Shown in pieces: positions 22,002 through 31,811 of a stretch of DNA of 64,000 bases. Both the position numbers and the translations under genes were made by a program. The stretch is taken from positions 64,001 to 128,000 of the forward strand of contig CAVPCQ010000019.1 in the NCBI GenBank assembly GCA_963702425.1, read 5' to 3'. This DNA is from an uncultured Acidobacteriota bacterium. Lineage in GTDB: Bacteria; Acidobacteriota; Polarisedimenticolia; J045. The notes under the pieces are model-generated. The model was not told where the DNA came from. It worked only from the letters and a program-made list of their open reading frames with translations, and did no database searches. Every line of letters begins with the position of its first letter. Within the stretch, counting starts at the first letter, position 1.

Positions 22002-22744
22002 GTGATTGCTCCTTCCGAGGCCGCGGGCGGGCGGGGCACGGGCCACGGCAGCGCGCGCGCACGGCACTCGTGCGTCGCGCAGGCGGCGCAGGCCGGGAAG
22101 TCGGGCTCGATCCGGTGCGCGTCCGGCGCCGCCGCGAGCAGCGCCCCCGACACCGACTTGAGCGGGGCCATCAGGCAGCTCGCGCCGAGCGAGATCCCGG
22201 CGGCGTCGGGCGCCAGCGCGCGGAACAGCGCCTGCTGCCCGCTGAGGTGCCAGCCGCAGTAGCCGGGGCTGTAGGGAACCACGTGTGCCGCACCGCGGGC
22301 CCGCCCCGCGTCGACGAGCCGCTCGCGCCACGACGCGCCGAGCCGCCAGGAGAGCCCGTCGACGGCCTCCGAGGCCAGCGCATCGAGCACGAACCCGAGC
22401 GGCAGGTCTTCGCCCCCCGTGAGTGCGCCGATCCGCGCGCACAGCGGCTCGCCCAGCGTGGCCGCGAACAGCGCGACCGCCTCCGCCCGGGGGAGCACGC
22501 GCTCGAGCGCCGTTCGATCGTCGTTGTGTCCGCTGCCGCGGTAGACGGTGGCGAAGTCGTCGACGGGCAGTTCGGCGACGACCCCGCGCGGCTCGGCCAG
22601 CGCGTCGAACAGCAGGGCTGCGTCGTCGAGCAGGCGCCGCGTCCGCGCCGACGGCTCGACGCCGGCGGGGATCCCGGCCCGCAGCAGCACGGCCGCGGGG
22701 TCGGGCGCGATCTGGCGGGGCGAAAAGCGGGCGATCCCCCTCAC
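21989..22744 (-). CDS. B12-dependent methionine synthase activation (AdoMet-binding) domain protein with a C-terminal CxxCxxxxC
   Basis: FAATLG, YSPGYCGW, CLMAPLKSVSG and CAACATHEC. Confidence 0.82.
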   Translation of the reverse strand: MRGIARFSPRQIAPDPAAVLLRAGIPAGVEPSARTRRLLDDAALLFDALAEPRGVVAELPVDDFATVYRGSGHNDDRTALERVLPRAEAVALFAATLGEPLCARIGALTGGEDLPLGFVLDALASEAVDGLSWRLGASWRERLVDAGRARGAAHVVPYSPGYCGWHLSGQQALFRALAPDAAGISLGASCLMAPLKSVSGALLAAAPDAHRIEPDFPACAACATHECRARALPWPVPRPPAASEGAITWSA

Positions 22745-22776
22745 GCATCCCCTCTCGCCGGCGAGGCGTCCAGCCC
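22741..22776 (-). repeat. Diverged copy of the last 12 codons of the mttB-family gene (matches 32872..32907)
   Basis: GLDASPARGDA* versus GLDALPARDDA*; both stops are followed by a G run. Confidence 0.7.
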
Positions 22777-22829
22777 GCACCTCACGATGCGGAAAGGGTA
22801 GCACCGGGTCGCGGAAGCGGCGGGGAGCG

Positions 22830-23450
22830 CTACCTCCTGGGACCGCCGTAGCCCCCGGTGAGGCCCACCCCGCGCGTGCCGGCCCCCACGCCGTGGAAAC
22901 CGGGGCCGACACCGCCACCCACACCGATCCAATCGATGAACAGCGCGGTCGCTCCGCCAGACTTGGGCATCACGCCATCGATCAGCTTGTAGCTGTAGAC
23001 CAGGTCCTTCCCGTCGACGACCGGATGGCTGATCTCGATCACGGCGAGCACGTTGTCCTTGCGCCCCGGCTCGTAGACCGAGAGCGTCGCGTTGGGCGGG
23101 TCGGCTGCGAAATTGTCCGGTCCCTCGCCCGCCTTCCACTCATCCAGGTAGGCCGGCATCGTCAGGTTGCCGGCAACTCGCACCGGGCGATCCGAGAAGT
23201 AGAGCGTCTGCTGGTTCACGTTTACCAGCCGGAGCGTCTTCGCCGCAGGGTCCGCCTTGAGGTCTTCGGAGGTCTGCACGAACATCAGCTGTACCTTCTC
23301 CGCGGAAGGGGCGGCCTTCGGAGGCGCCGTGCCCTGCTGAGCGAAAGCGGCGGCTACCGCAACCCCTGCCATCGCCAGCGATGCCGCTGCCAGCAGCAGC
23401 AAGCGATGGGAGCGGTCCTGCATCCCGTCGGTTCGATCCGAACTCTTCAT
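22830..23450 (-). CDS. Secreted hypothetical protein with a Gly-rich tail; paralog of 25852..26718
   Basis: Signal-like hydrophobic stretch; shared core FVQTS…TLxFxxRP…PPNATLSV…LFID. Confidence 0.75.
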   Translation of the reverse strand: MKSSDRTDGMQDRSHRLLLLAAASLAMAGVAVAAAFAQQGTAPPKAAPSAEKVQLMFVQTSEDLKADPAAKTLRLVNVNQQTLYFSDRPVRVAGNLTMPAYLDEWKAGEGPDNFAADPPNATLSVYEPGRKDNVLAVIEISHPVVDGKDLVYSYKLIDGVMPKSGGATALFIDWIGVGGGVGPGFHGVGAGTRGVGLTGGYGGPRR

Positions 23451-23954
23451 GGTCGATCCCCTCGTCTCTGCGGTTGGAAACCGGTTGGTGTTGCGCTGCC
23501 CCAGGCACGGCAGGACGCCTCGATTCCCCGATCGGGGCCGTCGAACCGATAGGGTGGCACCGGGGTGGCCGGCTTGTAAACAGGGCCGATGCAGCGGGCG
23601 CGGGGTGGGTTCCGCACCCGCAGCGGGCGCTCGGCGAGCGCCTTCCGGACCCGAGCGAAGTCCCCGCGTCCCCGCGCCCCCGCTTTCCATGCCCGGCGCC
23701 CCCCGTGTAGCATCGCGGGACGCGGGCCCGGCCGCTTCTCCGCACGAATCGCGAATCGGACGGGTTCCGGTCGGCCTCGATGACCGGACGTCGATCCACG
23801 AGCGAGCCCACATGAACACACCGAGAACTCGAGGGCGTCGGAATCCGGGGCACTCGATCCGGGTGGCAGACGGGACGGCGTGCGAGCGGCCTTCCCGTCA
23901 CGCGGCGAGGGGGCTCCGCTTTCCCGTCCTCGCGCCGCGGCCGGAGGCCCGCGA

Positions 23955-24672
23955 GTGAGCGTTCCCCGCCGCATCTCGCGCTGGGCCTTTTTCGCGTCCG
24001 TGGCCGTATGGACCGCGTGGGTTCCAGGCGGGTGCGCATTCGCGGGCGATCCATGGCAGCTCTGGCCGGAAGTCGGCGTCTACGTCGGCCTGTCCCCCGC
24101 GACGCGGCTCTTCTTCGATCTGCCCTACTCGGTCGAGGGCGACACCGACACCAAGTCGCTCGAGATCGCCGCGTACTTCGACGTTTCGCTCAAGCCGGTC
24201 CTGCGGCGCTCGCTCCAGGAGGGAGACTGGGCGCGTAGCCGGTACTTCTGGATGAGGTTCGGGTTCGATCACATCTTCAACGTGACCAACGGCCAGGAGG
24301 ACGAGCCCGAGGAGCGCGGCGTCATCGAGATCCGCGGACGAGCCCCGACGCTCTGGGAGATCTGGCTCGAGGCGCGCGTCCGCGCCGACCTCCGCTGGAT
24401 CGGGGGCGAGTACTCGACGCGCTACCGCTTCCGGATCGAGGCCAACCGCGAGTTCAAGATCCGCGGCCGGCCGGCGACGCCCTACGTCAACGTCGAGTGG
24501 TTCTACGACGACGCGCTACGACGCCTGGTCGCGGACCCTCTACCAGGCCGGAGCGGAGTTCACCTTCACCGACCACTTCCGGTTCGAGGCCTACGTGGCG
24601 CGGCAGGTGGACGAGGTCCCGGATGCGTCGGGCCTCTACGCCCTGGGCCTCTTCGCGAAGTGGTACTACTGA
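23955..24672 (+). CDS. Outer-membrane beta-barrel protein (DUF2490-like) with a 1-bp frameshift near 24510
   Basis: GGAGG RBS and signal peptide; removing one G restores FYDTRYDAWSRTLYQAG…LFAKWYY* with an aromatic C-terminus. Confidence 0.7.
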
Positions 24673-25655
24673 GCGCCGGCCGGAGCCGTCTGCTCCCTGG
24701 CGAGCTTCTTCAGCGCCAGCGTGAGCGGGATCGCCAGGATGGCGCCCGGCAGGCCGAGGACGAACGCCCACAGGACCAGTGCGAGGGTCGCCTCGAGGAA
24801 CGAGATCTCGGCCACGCGCTTCATGAAGAGCGGCGCGACGAAGTTGTCCACTACGAGGTTCGTCACCACGAGGCAGGCGGCTACCACCAGCGCCCGCTGC
24901 CAGCCATACAGGAGCAGCGCCAGGACGGTCGGAGGGAACAGGGCGATCAGGTAGCCGATCGACGGGATGAAGTTCAGGAAGAAGTAGAGCACGCACCACA
25001 GGACCGGATACTCGACGCCGGCCAGCAGCAGGACGGCCAGGTTGGCCGTCGCGTTGATCGCGTTGGTCCTTGCCGCGGTTGCGACGAAGCGCTGGATGTC
25101 ACCGCCATGCCAGGCGAGCCGCTCGCCGAGGCGGCTCCGCCGCCCATCGGCATCCTCCGCCATCTCGACCAGCAGGAGCACGGTCAACAGCGCAATCAGG
25201 AGGCCGTTCGAGAGCAGGCTGCCCGCCTCGGGGAGGACCCACCGCGCGGCCTCGAGCAGGCGCTCGGGCGTGATCATCTTCGTCGCCGTGAGGCTGGCCG
25301 CGTCGAGACCGTACCCGCTGAGGAACGCCGCGACGTTCCCCGAGAGGGTCTTCACCTGCTCGGCGTAGACCGGGAACCGCTCGCGCATCCGGACGATGTC
25401 CACGCTGAGCAGCAGGAGCGCCACGATCTGCACCGCGCCCACGGCAGCCGCCGCGACGAGCAGCGCCACAGTCTTGCGGAGTTGGAACCGCCGCATGAGT
25501 CCGTGGGGGAACCAGAGGGCGCCGTAGGCGAGCAGGAGGGAGAGCAGGATCGGCGCCAGGATCGGTGACGCGAGCTTCATCCCCCAGAGTACGACGACGG
25601 CATAGGCCGCGCGCTCGAGGAGACGGGAGGGCGGAGCCGGCGGGAGGTCCGTCAT
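24666..25655 (-). CDS. AI-2E family transporter
   Basis: Multiple transmembrane segments; LNFIPSIG and W…LGLPGAILAIPLT; GGAGGA RBS. Confidence 0.88.
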   Translation of the reverse strand: MTDLPPAPPSRLLERAAYAVVVLWGMKLASPILAPILLSLLLAYGALWFPHGLMRRFQLRKTVALLVAAAAVGAVQIVALLLLSVDIVRMRERFPVYAEQVKTLSGNVAAFLSGYGLDAASLTATKMITPERLLEAARWVLPEAGSLLSNGLLIALLTVLLLVEMAEDADGRRSRLGERLAWHGGDIQRFVATAARTNAINATANLAVLLLAGVEYPVLWCVLYFFLNFIPSIGYLIALFPPTVLALLLYGWQRALVVAACLVVTNLVVDNFVAPLFMKRVAEISFLEATLALVLWAFVLGLPGAILAIPLTLALKKLAREQTAPAGAQ

Positions 25656-25851
25656 CGGGGTCGTCCTCCGGCGTGCCGCCGGCCTCTCCCGCGGCACGAT
25701 GCGGGCAGCCGGGCCCGGGCCGCCTTCAGCTCCCGTTGCCCCGCTGCCCGCGCACCCCGCTCGTCCGACCCGAGGGTCGGACCTTCCCGCTGCCATCGAC
25801 CGCCACGAACGGGACCCACCCGACCGGCCGCGAGTCAGCGGACGCCGTCGG

Positions 25852-26718
25852 TCAGGAGATCTGGGCCAGGATCTTCGCCTTCGCAGCGTTGTAGTCGCTC
25901 TCCGTGATGAGCCCCTGCTTGTACAGGTTCTGGAGCTGTTCGAGCTGCTGCTGGGGCGTCTGGGCCGAAGCCGGATGCTGCGCCGCTGCGGCCGCCGCAG
26001 CGGCGGCCTGGCTGGCCGCGGCGGCAGAGGCAGCAGCCGCCTGGGACGCGGCGGCGGCGGACTGGGCCGAGGCGGCCTGCGTGGCCGCGGCCTGTTGCTG
26101 GGCTGCAGCCTGCTGCTTGGCGGCGGCGCTCTCCTCTGCCGCGGCCGTCGTGGCGACCGCGGCCGTGGTGGCACCGGCGACCACCACGGTCCGCCGGGCG
26201 GCGCGACGCCAGACACCGAGGATGTCGATGAAGAGCGAAGCCGGCCCGGCCCGCTCGGGCAGCCGGCCATTCAGCAGGATGACGTCGTAGGTGAGGTCGT
26301 CACCGGAGAGCCGCGGGTTCATCAACGTGACCACGACGAGAGCGGGTTGCTCGCTCCCCTGCGGCACGACGGAGAGCGTGGCATTCGGCGGCTGGACGCG
26401 GAAGCTGTTGTCGCCCTCGCCCCAGAGCTGCAGGAACTCCCCGGTCGAGAGGTGCCCGGCATCCTTGTCGGGCCGGTTGGCGAAGAACAGCGTCGCCGGG
26501 TTCAGTCCCGTGAGGGTCAGGGTCCGCGCCGCCTCGTCCAGGACGACGCCCTTCGAAGTCTGCACGAACAGCGCCTGCACCTCGGACTGCCCGGGCTCCG
26601 CTCCCGCTGCGCTCGGGGCGTTCGCCAGCGCCAGGGCGGGGGCGGCACACAGCACGAGGATCAGCGTGCACAGCATGAAGCGTGCACGGACACCATTCAT
26701 CGGAAGCACTTTCGTCAT
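25852..26718 (-). CDS. Secreted protein with an Ala/Gln-rich linker and a C-terminal SHOCT domain
   Basis: Signal peptide; QLEQLQNLYKQGLITESDYNAAKAKIL fits the SHOCT pattern. Confidence 0.8.
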   Translation of the reverse strand: MTKVLPMNGVRARFMLCTLILVLCAAPALALANAPSAAGAEPGQSEVQALFVQTSKGVVLDEAARTLTLTGLNPATLFFANRPDKDAGHLSTGEFLQLWGEGDNSFRVQPPNATLSVVPQGSEQPALVVVTLMNPRLSGDDLTYDVILLNGRLPERAGPASLFIDILGVWRRAARRTVVVAGATTAAVATTAAAEESAAAKQQAAAQQQAAATQAASAQSAAAASQAAAASAAAASQAAAAAAAAAQHPASAQTPQQQLEQLQNLYKQGLITESDYNAAKAKILAQIS

Positions 26719-26799
26719 GGGATATCTCCTCTGTCTCTCTGCGATCGTCTCGGCACGGATCGTCTATCTCTGTTCCGTAAACGCCGGGCACCGGGAGGA

Positions 26800-27408
26800 C
26801 TACTTCCTGGTGTACTGGATCTCCATCATCTTGAACATCTTGCCGTCCGGGCCCGGGCCCCAGATCTGGCTGACGAAGCCGGCCCCGGTGTTCGCCACCG
26901 AGACCTTGACCTCGACGGGAGACGGCTTCCCGGTGACCGGGTCGGCGACGGTTCCGTTGAACATCCAGTTCGTGCCCGTGGCATCGGCGGTCCCGGTGTA
27001 CCACTCCATGCTGGTGCTCCCCGAGTCCATGGCGGTCATGACGAACTTCTTCAGGACGTTGTCGTAGCCCACGTAGTCGATCGCGCTGATGATCTCGCCC
27101 TGCGAAACTGCGGCGAGCATGAGCTGGAGATAGCGGTCGCCGAGCACCATGGTGTTGATCGACGTCCCCACGAACTCGGACGGGGGCCCGGACGGATCGG
27201 TCCAGGACTTGCCCACGGCGCTGAAGGTCCCCACCAGGAGCCGCAGGTCACGGTGCGCCGCGCCCGGGGTCATCGCCTCGGCTTCGGCTCTTGCTGCCGC
27301 CGTCGTGCCGGGCGGGTTCGAAGCGGCCTTGGCCGCCTGGGAGAAGGCGGAGGCCGTGAAACACAGGCCGATGATCAGTACGGCCACGAACTGGGGGAAC
27401 CGTTTCAT
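26800..27408 (-). CDS. DUF1579-like secreted protein
   Basis: Signal peptide; PGAAHRDL..LVG, MVLGDRYL, GYDNVLKKFV…DS and KMMEIQYTRK; AGGAGG RBS. Confidence 0.78.
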   Translation of the reverse strand: MKRFPQFVAVLIIGLCFTASAFSQAAKAASNPPGTTAAARAEAEAMTPGAAHRDLRLLVGTFSAVGKSWTDPSGPPSEFVGTSINTMVLGDRYLQLMLAAVSQGEIISAIDYVGYDNVLKKFVMTAMDSGSTSMEWYTGTADATGTNWMFNGTVADPVTGKPSPVEVKVSVANTGAGFVSQIWGPGPDGKMFKMMEIQYTRK

Positions 27409-27420
27409 GCGCAGCCTCCT

Positions 27421-27468
27421 TGGCTTGTGAAGCGCCTGGCTTGTGAAGAGCTTGGTTTGTGAAGGGAA
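27421..27468. repeat. Three 16-bp direct repeats (TGGYTTGTGAAG core) just upstream of the DUF1579 RBS
   Basis: tggcttgtgaagcgcc / tggcttgtgaagagct / tggtttgtgaagggaa. Confidence 0.7.
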
Positions 27469-27715
27469 TGTCCGGGCTGACGGCGCCCCCGGGGAGGAAC
27501 GAGGGGCTGCCGGACCCGGGCAACACGAGAAGGACTGCTCCATTGCTGACCTCAACGGTCGGCGCGCCCTGGCGCACGATTCGGCGGTTACGATACACCC
27601 GCTCGGGGGGGGGGGGGTGGGCTAGAATCCAAGCGCCGTTGTCCCCATCCAGCTCGATCAGCCCGGCGACCGCCGCCGGCTCGAGCGGCAGGGATCGACT
27701 TCAAGGAGGATTGCG

Positions 27716-30244
27716 ATGCGCACACGCAGACCGGGTTCCCGTCCGGGGAGGGCGGCGTTCGCCCTCATGGCTCTCGTCCTGGCCGGCCTCGGTATCTTCC
27801 TGGCCGGCGCGCAGCAGGCGGCCCCCCCGGGCTCGCCCGCCGCGACCACCACCATCAGCGGCGAGCAGCTCCCGGCACCGCCGGGGAAGTTCGAAGGCAC
27901 GATCGATCGCACCGTGGCGGGGTCGAAGCCCTACTGGCAGCCGCGCGTCGTGCCGCCGAAGGGCGCACCGAACGTGCTGCTGATCATGACCGATGACACC
28001 GGCTATGGGACGCCCAGCACGTTCGGCGGCGTGATCCCGACGCCGAACCTCGACCGCGTGGCCGCCGGCGGCCTGCGCTACACCAACTTCCACTCGACCG
28101 CGCTCTGCTCGCCGACGCGCGCGGCGCTGATCACGGGGCGCAACCACCACTCGGCCGGCTTCGGTGTGGTCGCGGAGCAGGCGACCGGCTACCCCGGCTA
28201 CGACAGCATCATCACCAAGGACAAGGCGACGATCGGCACGATCCTGCGGGACAACGGCTACCGTACCTCGTGGTTCGGCAAGAACCACAACACGCCGTCC
28301 TTCCAGGCGTCGGCGATCGGACCGTTCGACCAGTGGCCGACCGGGATGGGGTTCGAGTACTTCTACGGCTTCATGGGCGGCGACACCAGCCAATGGCAGC
28401 CGGCGAACCTGGCCCGCAACACGACCTACATCTACCCCTTCCAGGGGAATCCCAAGTTCAACCTGATCACCGCGATGGCCGACGAGGCGATCGCCTACAT
28501 GAACCAGGTCAACACGCTGACCCCGGACCAGCCGTTCTTCGTCTACTACGTGCCCGGGGCCGCGCACGCGCCACACCATCCGACGCCCGAGTGGATCGAC
28601 AAGATCAGCAAGATGCACCTGTTCGACCAGGGCTGGAACAAGCTGCGCGAGCAGGTCTTCGCGAACCAGAAGAAGCTCGGCGTGATCCCCGCCAACGCCA
28701 GGCTGACGCCGTGGCCGAAGGAGCTGCTGAAGGAGTGGGACCAGCTCACGGCCGACGAGAAGAAGATGTTCATCCGGCAGGCCGACGTGTTCGCCGCCTT
28801 CGTGGCCTACACCGACTACGAGATCGGCCGCGTGATCCAGGCGGTCGAGGACATGGGGAAGCTCGACAACACGCTGGTCATCTACATCAGCGGCGACAAC
28901 GGCGGCAGCGCCGAGGGAACGCTGATCGGCACGCCCAACGAGGTCGCGATGTTCAACGGCGCCGAGGTGCCGGTCGCGGACCAGCTCAAGTACTTCTACG
29001 ACGTCTGGGGCTCCGACCGGACCTACAACCACATGGCGGTGGGCTGGTCCTGGGCCTTCGACACCCCGTTCTCGTGGACCAAGCAGGTCGCCTCGCACTT
29101 CGGCGGGACCCGGCAGGGCATGGCGATCATGTGGCCCAGGGTGATCACCGACAAGGGCGGCATCCGCAACCAGTTCCACCACATCATCGACATCGTGCCG
29201 ACGATCCTCGAAGCGACCAAGATCAGGCAGCCGGACTTCGTGGATGGCATCAAGCAGAGCCCGATCGAGGGCGTCAGCATGGCGTACACCTTCGACAAGG
29301 CCAACGCCGGCGCCCCCTCGACGCGGAAGACGCAGTACTTCGAGATGATGGGCGACCACGCCATCTACCACGAAGGCTGGATGGCGAGCACGAAGGTCAT
29401 GCGGCCGCCCTGGGACATCGCGGGCGGCGTCGGGAGCGACCCCGCCGACTACCCGTGGGAGCTGTACGACCTCGCCAACGACTGGACGCAGTCCGAGGAC
29501 GTGGCCGCCAAGCACCCGGACAAGCTGAAGGAGCTCCAGCGGATCTTCTGGGAGGAGGCGCGGAAGTACCAGGTGCTGCCCCTCGACTCCACGGTGGTGA
29601 CGCGGCTGATCACCCCGCGCCCGAGCATCACGGCCGGCCGCAACGTGTTCACCTGGACCGCCCCGCTGACCGGGACGCCCAACGGCGACGCACCGAGCAT
29701 CCTGAACGCCTCGTACAACTTCAAGGCGGAGGTCGAGGTCCCGCAGGGCGGCGGTGACGGGATGCTCATCACGCAGGGCGGCCGCTTCGCGGGGTACGGC
29801 TTCTACATGCTGAAAGGGAAGCCGGTGTTCCTCTGGAACATGGTCGATCTGAAACGCCTGCGCTGGGAAGGGCCCGAGGTGCTCTCGCCCGGCAAGCACG
29901 TGCTCGAATTCGACTTCAAGTACGACGGCCTCGGCATGGCGACGCTGGAGTTCAACAACATGAGCGGCATCGGCCGCAGCGGCACCGGCGTGCTCAAGGT
30001 CGACGGCAAGGCGGTGGCGACGCAGAAGATGGAGCGGACCATCCCGTTCATCCTGGCTTGGGACGAGAACCTCGACGTCGGGTCCGACACCGGGAGCCCG
30101 GTGGCCGACCAGGACTACCAGTGCCCGTTCGCCTTCAATGGGAAGATCGGCAGGATTACGTTGACGATCGACCGGCCGAAGCTGACGCCTGAGGACATCA
30201 AGCAGCTCCAGGCCGCGCAGCGCAACAACAAGACCAGCGAGTGA
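27716..30244 (+). CDS. Exported Cys-type arylsulfatase
   Basis: PNVLLIMTDD, LCSPTRAALITGR (formylglycine motif CxPxR), FGKNH and GDNG; AGGAGG RBS. Confidence 0.93.
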   Translation: MRTRRPGSRPGRAAFALMALVLAGLGIFLAGAQQAAPPGSPAATTTISGEQLPAPPGKFEGTIDRTVAGSKPYWQPRVVPPKGAPNVLLIMTDDTGYGTPSTFGGVIPTPNLDRVAAGGLRYTNFHSTALCSPTRAALITGRNHHSAGFGVVAEQATGYPGYDSIITKDKATIGTILRDNGYRTSWFGKNHNTPSFQASAIGPFDQWPTGMGFEYFYGFMGGDTSQWQPANLARNTTYIYPFQGNPKFNLITAMADEAIAYMNQVNTLTPDQPFFVYYVPGAAHAPHHPTPEWIDKISKMHLFDQGWNKLREQVFANQKKLGVIPANARLTPWPKELLKEWDQLTADEKKMFIRQADVFAAFVAYTDYEIGRVIQAVEDMGKLDNTLVIYISGDNGGSAEGTLIGTPNEVAMFNGAEVPVADQLKYFYDVWGSDRTYNHMAVGWSWAFDTPFSWTKQVASHFGGTRQGMAIMWPRVITDKGGIRNQFHHIIDIVPTILEATKIRQPDFVDGIKQSPIEGVSMAYTFDKANAGAPSTRKTQYFEMMGDHAIYHEGWMASTKVMRPPWDIAGGVGSDPADYPWELYDLANDWTQSEDVAAKHPDKLKELQRIFWEEARKYQVLPLDSTVVTRLITPRPSITAGRNVFTWTAPLTGTPNGDAPSILNASYNFKAEVEVPQGGGDGMLITQGGRFAGYGFYMLKGKPVFLWNMVDLKRLRWEGPEVLSPGKHVLEFDFKYDGLGMATLEFNNMSGIGRSGTGVLKVDGKAVATQKMERTIPFILAWDENLDVGSDTGSPVADQDYQCPFAFNGKIGRITLTIDRPKLTPEDIKQLQAAQRNNKTSE

Positions 30245-30467
30245 TCGATGCGGGAAGCCGGCCCGCCCCACCCGGGGCTTGCTTGCTCCCGCCGCGGGGC
30301 GGGATCAATTCCGGTCCGGCCAGGAGGGCCTTCTGGCGTCCCTGGCCACCCGTGTCGCCGTGCGACTCGCGACAGCGTGGTGATGTGAACAGGGAAACGC
30401 ACGCCCGATCGCCGGCGTGAACGGCCGTGCCCAGCGCAGCCGCTCGCCAACACAAGGGGGAATCCGA

Positions 30468-31367
30468 ATGACCGGAACCGGAAGCTTCAGGCTCGCGGGA
30501 CTCGCCAGCCTGGCCCTGCTGGCCGCTGTGGCCTGTGGTGGGCCGCAGAATGGGAAGAGCTCGAGCGCCTCCCGGAATCCTGCCGCGGCTGGTTCCACAC
30601 CGGGCGGAGCCGTGGCCGGCAGCCCGCCTGCGGGCAGCGCGGCAGCCTCAGACACTCGCGCGCAGGGAAGCGAGGCGATGGCCTTCCTGAAGGCCATGTC
30701 GGACTACGTGGGCAGCCAAGCGACGATCGAGCTCACTTTCGACAGCGACATCGAGGTCATCACCCCGCAACTGGAGAAGATCCAGTTCGCCAGTTCCGGC
30801 GAACTGCTGTTGAGCCGCCCGGACAGGCTGCGTGCGCATCGGGTCGGTGGATATTCCGATGTGGAGTTGATCTTCGACGGCAAGACCGTCAGCATCAACG
30901 GACGGAGCGTCAACGGCTACGCGCAGTTCGAAGCCTCAGGGAACCTCGATAACCTGTTCCATGCGCTGCGGGAGGGGCACGGCGTCGCGCTGCCGGCCGC
31001 GGACTTCCTGCTGGCCAATTCCTACGACGTTCTCGTGGCTGGGGTCCAGGAGGCCAAGTACATGGGCCGCGGCGTGATCGACGGCCGGGAGTGCGAGCAC
31101 CTCGCCTACCGCAATTTCGACACCGACTGGCAGCTTTGGCTGGACGTCGGCGAGCGGCCCGTTCCGCGCAAGGTGGTGATCACCAGCAAGACTGTGAACG
31201 GCGCGCCCCAGTACACCATTCGCATCAAGAGCTGGAAGACCGGCGGCAAGCCTGCGCGGGACGCCTTCGTGTTCGTCCCGCCGGCCGGGGCGACGCGGCT
31301 CGACCAGGACGAACTGATCGAACTCGACGAATTGCCGCCGGACTCGCCGGCAGGAGGGACTCGATGA
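30468..31367 (+). CDS. DUF2092-family lipoprotein
   Basis: Lipobox-like LAAVAC; [11 protein letters not shown]…RPDRL, CEHLAYR…DWQLW and APQYT. Confidence 0.8.
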   Translation: MTGTGSFRLAGLASLALLAAVACGGPQNGKSSSASRNPAAAGSTPGGAVAGSPPAGSAAASDTRAQGSEAMAFLKAMSDYVGSQATIELTFDSDIEVITPQLEKIQFASSGELLLSRPDRLRAHRVGGYSDVELIFDGKTVSINGRSVNGYAQFEASGNLDNLFHALREGHGVALPAADFLLANSYDVLVAGVQEAKYMGRGVIDGRECEHLAYRNFDTDWQLWLDVGERPVPRKVVITSKTVNGAPQYTIRIKSWKTGGKPARDAFVFVPPAGATRLDQDELIELDELPPDSPAGGTR

Positions 31368-31732
31368 CACGCGACACTCGCAGATACGGGCTCGTATTCT
31401 GCCTGACGGCTGCGGCATGGGTGTGGAGTGGCACCGACGCGGAGGCCGTAGTCGGAAGGCCGGCGACGCCGGTCAGCTATGCCGGTGTGGCCCGGCGCTC
31501 CACCGTCGGGGCGGGGGCGCCGGGCGTGGGCGTTGCTCCCGGGGTCGGAGTCGGCGCGCCAGGGGTCGGCGTTGCGCCCGGGGTCGGGGCGCCGGGAGTC
31601 GGCGTTACTCCCGGGGTCGGGGCCGGGGCGCCGGGAGTCGGCGTTGCGCCCGGGGTCGGGGCCGGTGCGCCCGGTGCCGGCGCCGCTCCGGCGAATCGCG
31701 GCGGACCCGTGAACAGGGTCGGGGTGAGGTGA
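31364..31732 (+). CDS. Small secreted Gly/Val/Pro-rich protein with elastin-like VGVAPG repeats
   Basis: ATGA overlap with the DUF2092 gene; signal peptide, then [16 protein letters not shown] and the repeats. Confidence 0.75.
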   Translation: MTRDTRRYGLVFCLTAAAWVWSGTDAEAVVGRPATPVSYAGVARRSTVGAGAPGVGVAPGVGVGAPGVGVAPGVGAPGVGVTPGVGAGAPGVGVAPGVGAGAPGAGAAPANRGGPVNRVGVR

Positions 31733-31811
31733 GCGCCGGCGAGCGGACGCCCGCTCACCGGTCGCCGTGACGGAGTCCGGCGCGAAGGAAGATCGCGGGA
31801 GAGGCAGGACC

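Noticed and set aside
23556-23570. sigma54-like TGGCAC-N5-TGGC in the 23450-23955 intergenic region
   Set aside because: The -12 element deviates from TTGC and the site is ~390 bp from the next same-strand start.
17224-30271. Long antisense or alternative-frame ORFs (e.g. 17224..19938, 17202..19121, 27701..30271)
   Set aside because: These are shadow ORFs expected in high-GC DNA, overlapping well-supported genes.
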